From: Macrostomum lignano
Taxonomy: Eukaryota
Assembly (NCBI GenBank): GCA_002269645.1
Contig: NIVC01003192.1
Span: 1 to 64,000 of the forward strand
Reading direction: 5' to 3'
DNA length: 64,000 bases
Shown: positions 44,101 through 58,760 of the stretch, one piece after another
Position numbering within the stretch: position 1 is the first letter of the stretch
Layout: each line of letters begins with the position of its first letter
Notes under the pieces: model-generated
The model's input: only the letters and a program-made list of their open reading frames with translations
Databases searched by the model: none
Told to the model about the DNA's origin: nothing
Program-made: the position numbers and the translations under genes

Positions 44101-45768
44101 GGCTGAGCGCTTGCCTATGGTGAGTGTGTTGCTATGGGGGTCTAACCTAGGGTTTTTCTCTACGATTTCTGTCCGGCATGAAAGATAGTCGATTTGGATG
44201 GCCGGTCTATCTGGATGGTCTATTTGGATGGCCGGTTTATCTGGATGGTCTATTTGGATGGCCGGTTTATCTGGATTGTCGATTTTGGCCGGTTTATCTG
44301 GGTGGCCGGTTTATCTGGATGGCCGGTTTATCTGGATGGTCGATTTGGATGGCCGGTTTATCTGGATGGTCTATTTGGATGGCCGGTTTATCTGGGTGGT
44401 CTATTTGGATGGCCGGTTTATCTGGGTGGTCTATTTGGATGGCCGGTTTATCTGGATGGTCTATTTGGATGGCCGGTTTATCTGGGTGGTCTATTTGGAT
44501 GGCCGGTTTATCTGGGTGGTCTATTTGGATGGCCGGTTTATCTGGGTGGTCTATTTGGATGGCCGGTTTATCTGGGTGGTCTATTTGGATGGCCGGTTTA
44601 TCTGGATGGTCGATTTGGATGGCCGGTTTATCTGGATGGTCTATTTGGATGGCCGGTTTATCTGGGTGGCCGGTTTATCTGGATGGTCGATTTTGGCCGG
44701 TTTATCTGGGTGGCCGGTTTATCTGGATGGCCGGTTTATCTGGATGGCCGGTTTATCTGGATGGCCGGTTTATCTGGGTGGTCGATTTGGATGGTAGATT
44801 AGGTTGTTTGATTTGTATATATTTTTTAATGTCACTGTAGTTAACTTTAGACTATCGGACTTGATGTTATTCTACGGTAGATATCTATTTCAAATTGGCT
44901 CTTAAAAGAAGGTTTATGTGACTATTTCACTTTAGAATTAAGAATATGTACTAGTACCGAATGTAACTCTTTAAGTGTCCCACTATGCGTTCACTCAGGA
45001 ATGCCACTCTCCAATTGTCACACTATGCGTTCACTCAGGAATTTCACTCCAATTGTCACACTATGCGTTCACTCAGGAATGTCACTCTCCAATTGTCACA
45101 CCATGCGTTCACTCAGGAATGCCACTCTCCAATTGTCACACTATGCGTTCACTCAGGAATGCCACTATCCTCGTGTGACTTTCTGTATGGGCACTCTGTA
45201 AGCCATAAAGCATGCTCCTTCTCACTCTGTGAAGCGCCTTCGTGATCATACTTATTAAGTATTTTATAATTTCAGCCCTGACCAAAGCTTGAAAAAGTAC
45301 ACTCATGAATTGCTGCACTTGATTCCAGTTACGCGAACCGGCTATCGGTGAAGAAGCCGCCGTGCTGAATCACCTGGTGGGCTGCATACCCCAGCTGATG
45401 CTCCGTATAGTGGCCTTCGCCAGGAACATTCTAGGCAGCAGCGCCGCCGCTCACGGTCATTCAGATCAGCAGCAACTCGACGACAGCGACCACAACCGAG
45501 TGCTGGCATCTCGCTGCTCCGACGTTCTACTTGACTCTGATAAGCGGCGCCTGATTGTGCACCACTGCTTCAAGGTCATTGCTATGCGCTTCTGCGACGC
45601 CTTGATCCAGTCTGGCGAAGGCTACATTATCGATCCTGCGCTGCACTATCGTTTGACTAAGTTTGTACTTGTTCCACTGTTTGAGGCTGGGGTAGACAGA
45701 TAGTTAGGTACTGAAGGCATGTAGATATTAGGATAACACTAAGAGCATGCAGGAGCACTAACGCTAAA

Positions 45769-45838
<70 letters not shown>

Positions 45839-47757
45839 GACAGACAGACAAGCAGACTAGGACGCTAAGGCTACAAAGACACTAAGGCTACAAAGATACT
45901 AAGGCTACAAAGACACTAAGGCTACAAAGACACTAAGCCTACAAAGACACTAAGCCTACAAAGACACTAAGGCTACAAAGACACTAAGCCTACAAAGACA
46001 CTAAGCCTACAAAGACACTAAACCTACAAAGACACTAAGCCTACAAAGACACTAAGGCTACAAAGACACTAAGGCTACAAAGACACTAAGCCTACAAAGA
46101 CACTAAGGCTACAAAGACACTAAGGCTACAAAGACACTAAGGCTACAAAGACACTAAGGCTACAAAGACACTAAGCCTACAAAGACACTAAGGCTACAAA
46201 GACACTAAGGCTACAAAGACACTAAGGCTACAAAGACACTAAGGCTACAAAGACACTAAGGCTACAAAGACACTAAGCCTACAAAGACACTAAGGCTACA
46301 AAGACACTAAGGCTACAAAGACACTAAGGCTACAAAGACACTAAGACTACAAAGAAAATAAGGCTACAAAGACACTAAGCGAGACAGACACTAAAGCAGA
46401 CAGCTGCAGACGCTCGCCCCAGATTTCAAATCCTGTACATAACCAATCTGCCCCTCCGCCATTCGCAGAGAGTTCCTCGTGACTGCCAACCATCCCATGC
46501 TGTCGCAGCTGTTTCTTAAATTCTTCGACGTCTCAACTGTTTGGGATTCGCACGGCATCACGGAGCAAGAGTTGGCCTTTCTGTCGGCCATCTGTCTCAC
46601 TTCGCCATGTTAGTGGCTTGCTAATTGTACTGCTGTGAATCTATTCTGTGAATGTCCCCAAAATTGAGATCGATACTTCACGATGTCTCGATAGGGATTC
46701 GGAAATCTGAATGTCTCAAAATGGGGATCTAAATACCAGATTATCCTAAAATGAGGATCTAGATGTCAGAATATCCCAAAATGAGGATCTAAATACCAGA
46801 ATATCCTAAAATGAAGATCTAGATATCAGAATATCCCAAAATGGGGATCTAAATACCAGAATATCTCAAAATGGGGATCTAAATACCATAATATCCCCAA
46901 GTGGGGATCTAGATATCAGAATATCTCAAAATGGGGATCTAAATACCATAATATCCCCAAGTGGGGATCTAGATATCAGAATATCTCAAAATGGGGATCT
47001 AAATACAATAATATCCCAAATGGGGATCTAGATATCAGAATATCTCAAAATGGGGATCTAAATACCATAATATCCCAAATGTGGATCTAGATATCAGAAT
47101 ATCCCAAATGGGGATCTAAATACCATAATATCCCAAATGGGGATCTAGATATCAGAATATCCCAAATGGGGATCTAAATACCATAATATCCCAAATGGGG
47201 ATCTAGATATCAGAATATCTCAAAACGGGGATCTAAATACCATAATATCCCAAATGTGGATCTAGATATCAGAATATCCCAAATGGGGATCTAAATACCA
47301 TAATATCCCCAAATGGGGATCTAGATATCAAAATATCCCAAATGGGGTTCTGGATATCAGAATATCCCAAGATAAAAAACCAGTTTAATTAATTCTTGTT
47401 ACGTATTTAATTTCAGTTTTGGACTCGAAAAATGATGCGTTTAGCAGTTCGTCAGAGACACAGTTTGATGACGCCAATGCTGTTGTAAGCGTTCACTCCG
47501 CTGTGATCGGACTGTTTTGGATCCACCTCCGATCGGCTGAGATGACGAGAAGAGGCTGCGATCCCGCTAAAGTCAAGTTGGATTCCCGGCTTAACTTGGA
47601 GCTGAGAGTGCAAGGTAGGCTTTTATTTTATTGATAGCTGCTCAGTATGGGACCTAAACTAGGATTCAAAATAATGGGACAGACAGATCAGACAGGCAGA
47701 TCAGACAGGCAGACAGACAGACAGACAGACGGACAGACAGACAGACAGAGGCAGATC

Positions 47758-47828
<71 letters not shown>

Positions 47829-47836
47829 GGCAGATC

Positions 47837-47881
<45 letters not shown>

Positions 47882-48462
47882 GGCAGACAGACAGACAGGC
47901 AGACAGACAGACAGAGGCAGATCAGACAGACATACAGACAGACAGACAGGCAGATCAGACAGACAGACAGGCAGATCAGACAGACAGGCAGGCAGATCAG
48001 ACAGACAGACAGGCAGGCAGATCAGACAGACAGACAGGCAGGCAGATCAGACAGGCAGACAGGCAGGCAGATCAGACAGGCAGACAGGCAGGCAGATTAG
48101 ACAGGCAGATTAGACAAACCAGACAGGCAGATCAGACAGACAGACAGGCAGATCAGACAGACAGACAGTCAGGCACTCACACCCTTATCCCCGCAGCGCT
48201 CAGCCGCATCATGGATCTGTCAGCAGTATTCGACGCATTGCAAAGCGTTGACGGTGTGCACAAGCAGAACGAGGCAATGATTGACAGCATCGTAGAGCGA
48301 CTGTCGGCCTCGTGTTCAACCTCCGGTCAGCCAGATGGCTTCCCAGATTTCAGCGCCGCCTTCAACCCTGTGGGCCATCCGGCACCAGATCCGCAGCGGT
48401 TGAACCAGTACGGGGCCGGCGTCTACCAGGAGGTGTTCGGCCCCGCAGCCAACTCTGGTTGA
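40895..48462 (+). CDS. Divergent nuclear hormone receptor, most similar in motif to NR1F (ROR/HR3); 7 coding exons
   Basis: Exons: 40895-41140, 42257-42658, 43535(or 43530)-44119, 45329-45660, 46469-46608, 47417-47614, 48197-48462. [25 protein letters not shown]|GFFRR...[14 protein letters not shown]-box SKLGRR; LBD motifs [29 protein letters not shown]-2-like VYQEVF (cf. ROR LYKELF). The exon 2/3 junction frame is ambiguous. Confidence 0.88.
41146..42150. repeat. 32/33-bp minisatellite with GATAGATCTAT core, split by the retrotransposon
   Basis: Left arm 41146-41340 (32-bp units), right arm 41920-42150 (33-bp units). Confidence 0.9.
41351..41906 (-). mobile_element. 5'-truncated non-LTR retrotransposon (C-terminal zinc-knuckle region; LOA/I/R1/Tad1-type) in nuclear receptor intron 1
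   Basis: Minus-strand ORF W...CRQSR...[20 protein letters not shown]...[21 protein letters not shown] (C-x2-C-x7-H-x4-C knuckle); flanked by the direct repeat TAGAACTACCTTG at 41338-41350 and 41907-41919. Confidence 0.85.
42257..42658 (+). CDS. Nuclear receptor exon 2 (second zinc finger, T-box, hinge)
   Basis: ctccaag|GGC TTT TTC CGC CGT (GFFRR); donor CGG|GTGCGT inferred. Confidence 0.88.
42820..43460. repeat. 31-bp minisatellite GTCAAAAGTCACTGACAGTCAAACTGTGCCA
   Basis: Direct observation. Confidence 0.95.
43535..44119 (+). CDS. Nuclear receptor exon 3 (hinge / LBD start)
   Basis: Frame open from 43535 to strong donor ATG|GTGAGT at 44120; many C/G-ending codons in this frame; start depends on which AG is used. 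Confidence 0.7.
44190..44800. repeat. 30-bp minisatellite GGATGGCCGGTTTATCTGG(A/G)TGGTCTATTT
   Basis: Direct observation. Confidence 0.95.
44981..45168. repeat. 40-bp minisatellite CACTATGCGTTCACTCAGGAATGCCACTCTCCAATTGTCA
   Basis: About 4.7 copies. Confidence 0.93.
45329..45660 (+). CDS. Nuclear receptor exon 4 (LBD helices 3-5)
   Basis: gattccag|TTA; [14 protein letters not shown]...[19 protein letters not shown]; donor AA|GTTTGT. Confidence 0.82.
45770..46380. repeat. (GACA)n followed by the 17-bp minisatellite GACACTAAGGCTACAAA
   Basis: Direct observation. Confidence 0.95.
46469..46608 (+). CDS. Nuclear receptor exon 5 (LBD helices 7-8)
   Basis: ttcgcag|A GAG; [18 protein letters not shown]; donor T|GTTAGT. 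Confidence 0.82.
46715..47370. repeat. ~30-bp minisatellite with alternating variants (60-bp higher-order unit)
   Basis: GGGGATCTAAATACCATAAT... alternates with GGGGATCTAGATATCAGAAT... Confidence 0.93.
47417..47614 (+). CDS. Nuclear receptor exon 6
   Basis: atttcag|TT, phase 1 to 1, donor G|GTAGGC. Confidence 0.78.
47678..48170. repeat. (GACA)n compound microsatellite with GCAGATCA interruptions
   Basis: Direct observation; explains the false N-terminus of ORF 47647..48462. Confidence 0.95.
48197..48462 (+). CDS. Nuclear receptor terminal exon 7 (helices 10-12)
   Basis: ccccgcag|CG; ALSRIMDL...[14 protein letters not shown]. Confidence 0.82.
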
Positions 48463-49794
48463 ATGAACTTTAAAGCTCACTTGAGCAGTCCTGCATCCTA
48501 GCCAGAGTTTAGCTCAGCTGCTTTTTTCTATCTAAGATTCCTATGGATTGCAGTAAAAAAACTGACTATCGAATATTCGCTAATCGAGTCTTTGTTTCTG
48601 TGTGTTTCAAGTCTGCGGTTATAGTAGTTCTCTTTGCACTGTGCAGCCCCATTATTTTGCGCCTTAAGCTCTATCAGGCAAGTAGGTTTTTTGGCCACAT
48701 TTTTTATTCATTTTGCAGCTGGATTGCCTAACTGAAGTCCAGTGAAATATGAAGCATTAGACTTTTTCTGCAGCTGATTTACGAGAAAATTGGCAATTAG
48801 AAAGCCATTTTAGCTGCCGTGTCGCATCTGCCGCATCTCGGTGAAGATCTCACGTCACATCTCACATCTCTGGTTTCTATGGTCACGAGTAAAGGCTGAT
48901 GGCTGCTGTCAGAGTCGAGAATTTGGATGGCAGTTAAGATAAGATAATAATCAAGCATTAATTCTAATTATCAGCTAGGTCTTATAACTTAATAACTTTG
49001 CATAGTAACTTGCCACAAACACCTGCTGAGATTTTTATTATACTATAAATTGAGTCTAAATTTTTCTTTCAGATTTCAACGATTCTACTTGTAGTAGTCA
49101 AAAAGTGTAAAAACTGTGCCATTAATGCTTTTTTCAGGCAAAAAACGTTTTTTCTACTTCAGGGACCGGCTTAAAGTAGTATGTTGTGCGCTCGTAATAA
49201 TTTGGAATTTTTCTATTGCCAAAAAGCACACAATCCAATTGCATACCTAAATGTTACTACTAACACCATGAATTTATGATGCTTCATAAATATAGCGAAA
49301 TATTGTCTCATTGCGCTTCCATTACTTATTTTTGCATAGAAACAAATTAATAATCTACGATTACAGACAGCGATATTGTCATCATTTTTCTTAATTTTAC
49401 TAGATTTAGATGTAAATTCTTAAAGCTTATATTAACCAGTTTTTTATGCTAAGATAGATTGCTTTGTCGAATTAGGCTATTTACTTATAGTAGGTGGAGT
49501 TAGTTTATTATAATTATTATTTATACCAATCGTTTTGGTTTGCAAAGTTGACCTTTTGGCTGCTATGTAGAGTATAGGTAAAGTTGCTTGTTTAATAAAC
49601 ATTGTCGCCAAGGCTTGCATTACACAACTCTTGTGTTATTTACTCGTAATTATTTTTTCTCCTGGAAATTATATTTGTTTAACTGATTTCTGCTTTAAGT
49701 TTGTCTTATTTATTAGGGATCGAAGCTTTCTTGTAAAACAGTCTTATTAATATGGGTTATTCTATAATTATTTATTTAATTCTCTGAGGAAGTT

Positions 49795-50197
49795 TCTGTT
49801 GAAGCGGATCATCCCCTGGCAGTCATTCTGCTGAAGCGGATTGTCATCAGAGAATCATTCTGCTGAAGCGGATTGTCATCAGAGAATCATTCTGCTGAAG
49901 CGGATTATCATCAGAGAATCATTCTACTGAAAGCGGATTATCATCTGAGAATCATTCTACTGAAGCGGATTATGATCAGAGAATCATTTTGCTGAAGCAG
50001 ATTATCATCTGAGAATCATTCTGCTGAAGCGGATCATCATCTGAGAATCACTCTACTGAAAGCGGATTATCATCTGAGAATCATTCTACTGAAGCGGATT
50101 ATCATCTGATCGAGAATCATTCTACTGAAAGCGGATTATCATCTGAGAATCATTCTACTGAAAGCGGATTATCATCTGAGAACCATTCTACTGAAGG
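49795..50197. repeat. 32-33-bp minisatellite CTGAAGCGGATTATCATCTGAGAATCATTCT
   Basis: Direct observation. Confidence 0.92.
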
Positions 50198-50534
50198 CCC
50201 TCCGTGCCCATGTCGGTGCGCAGGGTGGCTAAAGCAAGCAAGCAAGCGGCAACTTTCTTATTGCGCTTCGTTTGAAAAAAAGCACCACAGGCGGGCCTGG
50301 TGAAGGTGTAGAAAGTGTTTTTTTAGGTCAGGCCTGGTGCAGCAGTATTATACACGAAAACAGAATGGTATTAAAGAGAAAACAAGAAAGATCTGTGTAG
50401 AGAGGATTTCTGCTTTTCTAGGCTTCAATTTTAAGCGGCGGCTGTCCTTTCCTTGTCTGCACTTTTATACTTGCTTTTTGACATTCTTACATTAACAAAC
50501 TGCTGACGAGTGTCCCGAGCTGGAGAATCTAGCT

Positions 50535-50990
50535 TTCTCCTTTTCCAAGAATCCGATGTCTTTTCTAATAATCCATCTTTATCCTTTTCCAAGAATCCGA
50601 CGGCTTTTCTAAGAACTCAGCTGTCTAATTTTCCAAGAATCCGACGGCTTTTCTGACAATCCATCTTTCTCGTTTTCCAAGAATCTGACGGCTTTTCTAA
50701 GAACTCAGCTGTCTAATTTTCCAAGAATCCGACGGCTTTTCTGACAATCCATCTTTCTCGTTTTCCAAGAATCTGACGGCTTTTCTAAGAACTCAGCTGT
50801 CTAATTTTCCAAGAATCCGACGGCTTTTCTGACAATCCATCTTTCTCGTTTTCCAAGAATCTGACGGCTTTTCTAAGAACTCAGCTGTCTAATTTTCCAA
50901 GAATCCGACGGCTTTTCTGACAATCCATCTTTCTCGTTTTCCAAGAATCTGACAGCTTTTCTAAGAATCCAGCTTTTTTCTAAAAAATAG
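50535..50990. repeat. 88-bp higher-order repeat of two related 44-bp monomers
   Basis: TTTTCCAAGAATC(C/T)GACGGCTTTTCT... with two alternating tails. Confidence 0.92.
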
Positions 50991-51784
50991 GTTTATTTTA
51001 TTTAAATCTAACTTTATATGAGAATCGTGCTCAATTTCTTAGAATGTTGCTCATTTTCTAAGAATCTGTCAATCTTCCCATCGAATCTGGCATATTAAAG
51101 ATTGCCAGCAAGAGTTCAAGCTACAGTTCGTCAGAAAACACAAGCCGAAATGATAAATCATGCAGTGCTGTTGGAGCCACAGATTGGTGAATTTTTAGTG
51201 TTTACTCAGCCATGCCCCCAAGGACTGCTTGGAGTGCATCAATTTTGCATGCGATCTTTTTTGCCCCAAACAACCCTTCTCAAACAGCTTTCTCCTATTA
51301 CACATGGCTGGCTGGCGGGTGCATCGAGCACTCGGCTTTTTGGAAGGCAAACATTGGAAGGATCGTGGCCAGTTGTTTTTTTCCACACGGGACCACCCAC
51401 TTTGTTAAATTGTCTCCTTGAGTGAGAGTGCTCAGAGTGCTCTCAGCAGTGAGTGACGCTGTCTTAGCCGCAAATATGAGATCCCAGAGCGCCGCGATTT
51501 CGCTGGGGAGTTGATCATTTAATAGCGTTCTAAATCATGAATTTAGCCATTCACAGATTGTCCAGATAAGGCGAAAATATTGAGGCCTGTAAGGAAAAGA
51601 GAAATAGCCTTCATATTGTTCGTTGTTTTTTTCAGCACCTCCCAGCTTCAATACGAGCTATTTCAGTAACTCTCAGTTCAATTTTGTATCGATTTTTTAT
51701 TCACAAACTTTTTCAGAAGCTTGATGCTAAGTTAGGTAATCGCAAACTAGTTAATTAGATTGTTTTTTTTTTTTTTTGTAGTTC

Positions 51785-51832
51785 TTAGCTAGTTAGTTAC
51801 CTGGTATTTAGTTAGTTAGTTAGCTAGTTAGC

Positions 51833-51915
<83 letters not shown>

Positions 51916-51935
51916 CTAGCTACTTAGTTAGTTAA

Positions 51936-51982
<47 letters not shown>

Positions 51983-52063
51983 ATTTATTAGTTAGTTAGT
52001 TAGTTAGCTAGCTAGCTACTTAGTTAATTAGTTAGTTAGTTAATCAGTTAGTTAGTTACTTAC

Positions 52064-52144
<81 letters not shown>

Positions 52145-52225
52145 CAGTTAGTTAGTTAGTTAGTTATTTAGTTAGTTAGTTAGTTAGTCAGTTAGTTAGT
52201 TAGTTAGTTTGTTAGTTAGTTTGTT
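51785..52225. repeat. (TTAG)n microsatellite
   Basis: Direct observation. Confidence 0.96.
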
Positions 52226-52630
52226 TGTAGCAAGAGATATCAATATTTTAGTCATTTCTGAAGCCTGCTTGCTTGCATAGTTTACTGGGGACAATGTTTT
52301 TGCTATAAGTTCATGCTTCAATTTTCACATAGCTCGATCAACTTCAGCAGGAAATGCTTTAAAAAAATAAATAAGACTGATACCAAAAAGCGCAAGTTCA
52401 GCGCAAGACTTGCTAAGATATTTTAATTTATTATCCCGACAGAATTGTGGTCAGTATTTATCAAAAGAAAAGAATATGATTTTTCCATCTTTTCAGACAC
52501 ACAGAGAGAGAAGTTGTACGGTCTTGCACTCTCCCACTTGTTCCGCTTTGGGGGATAATGTAGTTACAGACGCAGAGGAGAACAGACTCAGTCGGGTTCG
52601 CTGCGCCGCTGATCCTCTTCTCCGGCCTCG

Positions 52631-55037
<2,407 letters not shown>

Positions 55038-55374
55038 TTTTATTGCAAATTTCGAGATAGATATAAATGTTTCTGGAGCAGTTCTCTGGAGTATGGTCGA
55101 GTCTGAGGAGGATCTGGGGTTCAGCTACTCAATAAAGCTGCCGAGTTCGAATCCTCCTCCCCCAATCCCCATCGAGATTCGACGATAGGCTCAGGCCAAT
55201 CAACGGAAAACACGAACTCAGATTGCCTGACTTCACTCTGGCTTATCATTTTCTGGTGAAGCATGTCATTTGGAGGGCTACTTTTATGAGCACAGTTATT
55301 AAAGCAGAAAGCTCATCTAGGCTCCATCGCTGAATCCAGATGCTTCTTTCTCGCACAAACGGCACTTTTCCTCT

Positions 55375-57085
55375 TTCTGATTCTATCCGACACCTGCTGA
55401 TTCTATCTGACACCTGCTGATTCTATCTGACACCTGCTGATTCTATCCGACACCTGCTGATTCTATCTGACACCTGCTGATTCTATCTGACACCTGCTGA
55501 TTCTATCTGACACCTGCAGATTCTATCTGACACCTGCTGATTCTATCTGACACCTGCTGATTCTATCCGACACCTGCTGATTCTATCTGACACCTGCTGA
55601 TTCTATCTGACACCTGCTGATTCTATCTGACACCTGCTGATTCAATCCGACACCTGCTAATTCTATCCGACACCTGCTGATTCTATCTGACACCTGCTGA
55701 TTCTATCCGACACCTGCTGATTCTATCCGACACCTGCTGATTCTATCCGACACCTGCTGATTCTATCTGACATCTGCTGATTCTATCCGACACCTGCTGA
55801 TTCTATCTGACACCTGCTGATTCTATCCAACACCTGCTGATTCTATCTGACATCTGCTGATTCTATCCGACACCTGCTGATTCTATCTGACATCTGCTGA
55901 TTCTATCTGACATCTGCTGATTCTATCTGACACCTGCTGATTCTATCTGACATCTGCTGATTCTATCTGACACCTGCTGATTCTATCTGACACCTGCTGA
56001 TTCTATCTGACACCTGCTGATTCAATCCGACACCTGCTAATTCTATCCGACACCTGCTGATTCTATCTGACACCTGCTGATTCTATCCGACACCTGCTGA
56101 TTCTATCCGACACCTGCTGATTCTATCCGACACCTGCTGATTCTATCTGACATCTGCTGATTCTATCTGACATCTGCTGATTCTATCTGACACCTGCTAA
56201 TTCTATCTGACACCTGCTGATTCTATCCGACACCTGCTGATTCTATCCGACACCTGCTGATTCTATCTGACACCTGCTGATTCTATCCGACACCTGCTGA
56301 TTCTATCCGACACCTGCTGATTCTATCTGACATCTGCTGATTCTATCTGACATCTGCTGATTCTATCTGACACCTGCTGATTCTATCTGACACCTGCTGA
56401 TTCTATCCGACACCTGCTGATTCTATCTGACACCTGCTGATTCTATCTGACACCTGCTGATTCTATCTGACACCTGCTGATTCAATCCGACACCTGCTAA
56501 TTCTATCCGACACCTGCTGATTCTATCTGACACCTGCTGATTCTATCCGACACCTGCTGATTCTATCCGACACCTGCTGATTCTATCCGACACCTGCTGA
56601 TTCTATCTGACATCTGCTGATTCTATCCGACACCTGCTGATTCTATCTGACACCTGCTGATTCTATCCAACACCTGCTGATTCTATCTGACATCTGCTGA
56701 TTCTATCCGACACCTGCTGATTCTATCTGACATCTGCTGATTCTATCTGACATCTGCTGATTCTATCTGACACCTGCTGATTCTATCTGACATCTGCTGA
56801 TTCTATCCGACACCTGCTGATTCTATCCGACACCTGCTGATTCTATCTGACATCTGCTGATTCTATCCGACACCTGCTGATTCTATCTGACATCTGCTGA
56901 TTCTATCTGACATCTGCTGATTCTATCTGACACCTGCTGATTCTATCTGACATCTGCTGATTCTATCTGACACCTGCTGATTCTATCTGACACCTGCTGA
57001 TTCTATCTGACACCTGCTGATTCTATCTGACACCTGCTGATTCTATCTGACATCTGCTGATTCTATCTGACACCTGCTGATTCTA
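55375..57085. repeat. 20-bp minisatellite GATTCTATCTGACACCTGCT, about 85 copies
   Basis: Direct observation; variant pattern recurs at 840-bp spacing. Confidence 0.97.
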
Positions 57086-58199
57086 GTGGCAGTGGCTCCT
57101 GCATAGTGCACAGAATGCAGCATCACTGAACTGAGATAAATGCTCAGGATAATGCTCACTTGCTTTCGGAATTGAATGCTTAAAGAGCTGATAAATTGTG
57201 CGGCACCCCCTCATCCATCAAATAGGCTTAATTTATAGCCTTGACGGTAAGAGTCATACTCGTACAGCAGTTTCTCCATAATATTTAATAAAATATACTG
57301 CATCGCAGGCCTGCAGGATTGAAGACTGCAGGCTTCAAGTATTCGAAATCAATAAAGGAACTGGTGGAAGCTCTTGAGAATACGGATATGCAAGTCTTCT
57401 AATATGGCATAAAAAATCTCATCCCTTTGACCAGACCAGCGTGAAGAAACGATAGCCCTACAAAAGTCTGGCAAGGATTCTTATAGGCCATATGATCGAT
57501 TTTCAATCCTTACTAACTGAAATAAATTTGTACTTTCTGTCTTTCAGTGCTGTGACCGGCATGCTGTCGTTCCGATCTCTCGAACAATTTGATCTCCCCG
57601 AAGGAATAAGAATATCCAAGGACTGTATAGCCAGTCTTGGTTTGACAAATTTGCAATGGATTAATTTATAATCTTGGTTACTTTAAATTCGCAAAACAAT
57701 TTTCATTCTGACAGTTTTATTGACTTACAGAAGAATTCTTAGTGTCTAATTAATAATTGAATTAATTTTAATTACAATTAAGCATTGTGAGCTAGGCAAT
57801 ATACTTCGTAGGAAGCTGCATCTGTGTGTAGGACACGTGGTAACGGAAGCAGCACAATGGCCTAGCCTCACATACCATGCGCTGCACAATGAAGATCTTT
57901 CCATGATCATTGAAAATCATGATTGAAAGGCCTACTAGACCAATTTGTTTGGCTGAATTAACGCACTGGATCAAGGCTGATCAATGATTGACAGTAGTTT
58001 AAGACTGCTTGAGACGGAGCAGTATGATTAGCTGGAATGACTATTAACTTCTTGACAATACACTAAATTTGTTCTAATGGATTTCTCATTCATCAGCCTG
58101 TAATCTACAGGCAGATGGCACCTTTGGCATTATAAAATGTTTACAGGTAATGTGTTGAAACAGCTGCTCAGAAAGACAGTAGTAGCAGCTGAGAGCTGC

Positions 58200-58760
58200 T
58201 TCTCCATCGCAGCAGGAGAACCGGAGCTCAGAACTGCTTCTCCATCGCAGCAGGAGAACCGGAGCTCAGAACTGCTGCCCCATCACAGCAGGGAGAACTG
58301 CAGAGCTCAGAACTGCTGCCCCATCACAGCAGGGAGAACCGCAGAGCTCAGAACTGCTGCCCCATCACAGCAGGGAGAACTGCAGAGCTCAGAACTGCTG
58401 CCCCATCACAGCAGGGAGAACCGCAGAGCTCAGAACTGCTGCCCCATCACAGCAGGGAGAACTGCAGAGCTCAGAACTGCTGCCCCATCACAGCAGGGAG
58501 AACCGCAGAGCTCAGAACTGCTGCCCCATCACAGCAGGGAGAACTGCAGAGCTCAGAACTGCTGCCCCATCACAGCAGGGAGAACTGCAGAGCTCAGAAC
58601 TGCTGCCCCATCACAGCAGGGAGAACTGCAGAGCTCAGAACTGCTGCCCCATCACAGCAGGGAGAACTGCAGAGCTCAGAACTGCTGCCCCATCACAGCA
58701 GGGAGAAATGGAGAGCTCAGAACTGCTGCCCCATCACAGCAGGGAGAAATGGAGCTACCC
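58200..58760. repeat. 41-bp minisatellite GAGCTCAGAACTGCTGCCCCATCACAGCAGGGAGAACTGCA
   Basis: Direct observation; explains ORF 58137..58967. Confidence 0.94.

Noticed and set aside
50197-50250. GC-rich segment followed by (AGCA)n, resembling a LINE/SINE 3' tail
   Set aside because: No upstream ORF remnant or TSD recognisable.
57985-57994. Perfect Pbx-Meis decamer TGATTGACAG (also at 48278-48287)
   Set aside because: One copy is inside coding sequence and the other is isolated; no supporting context.
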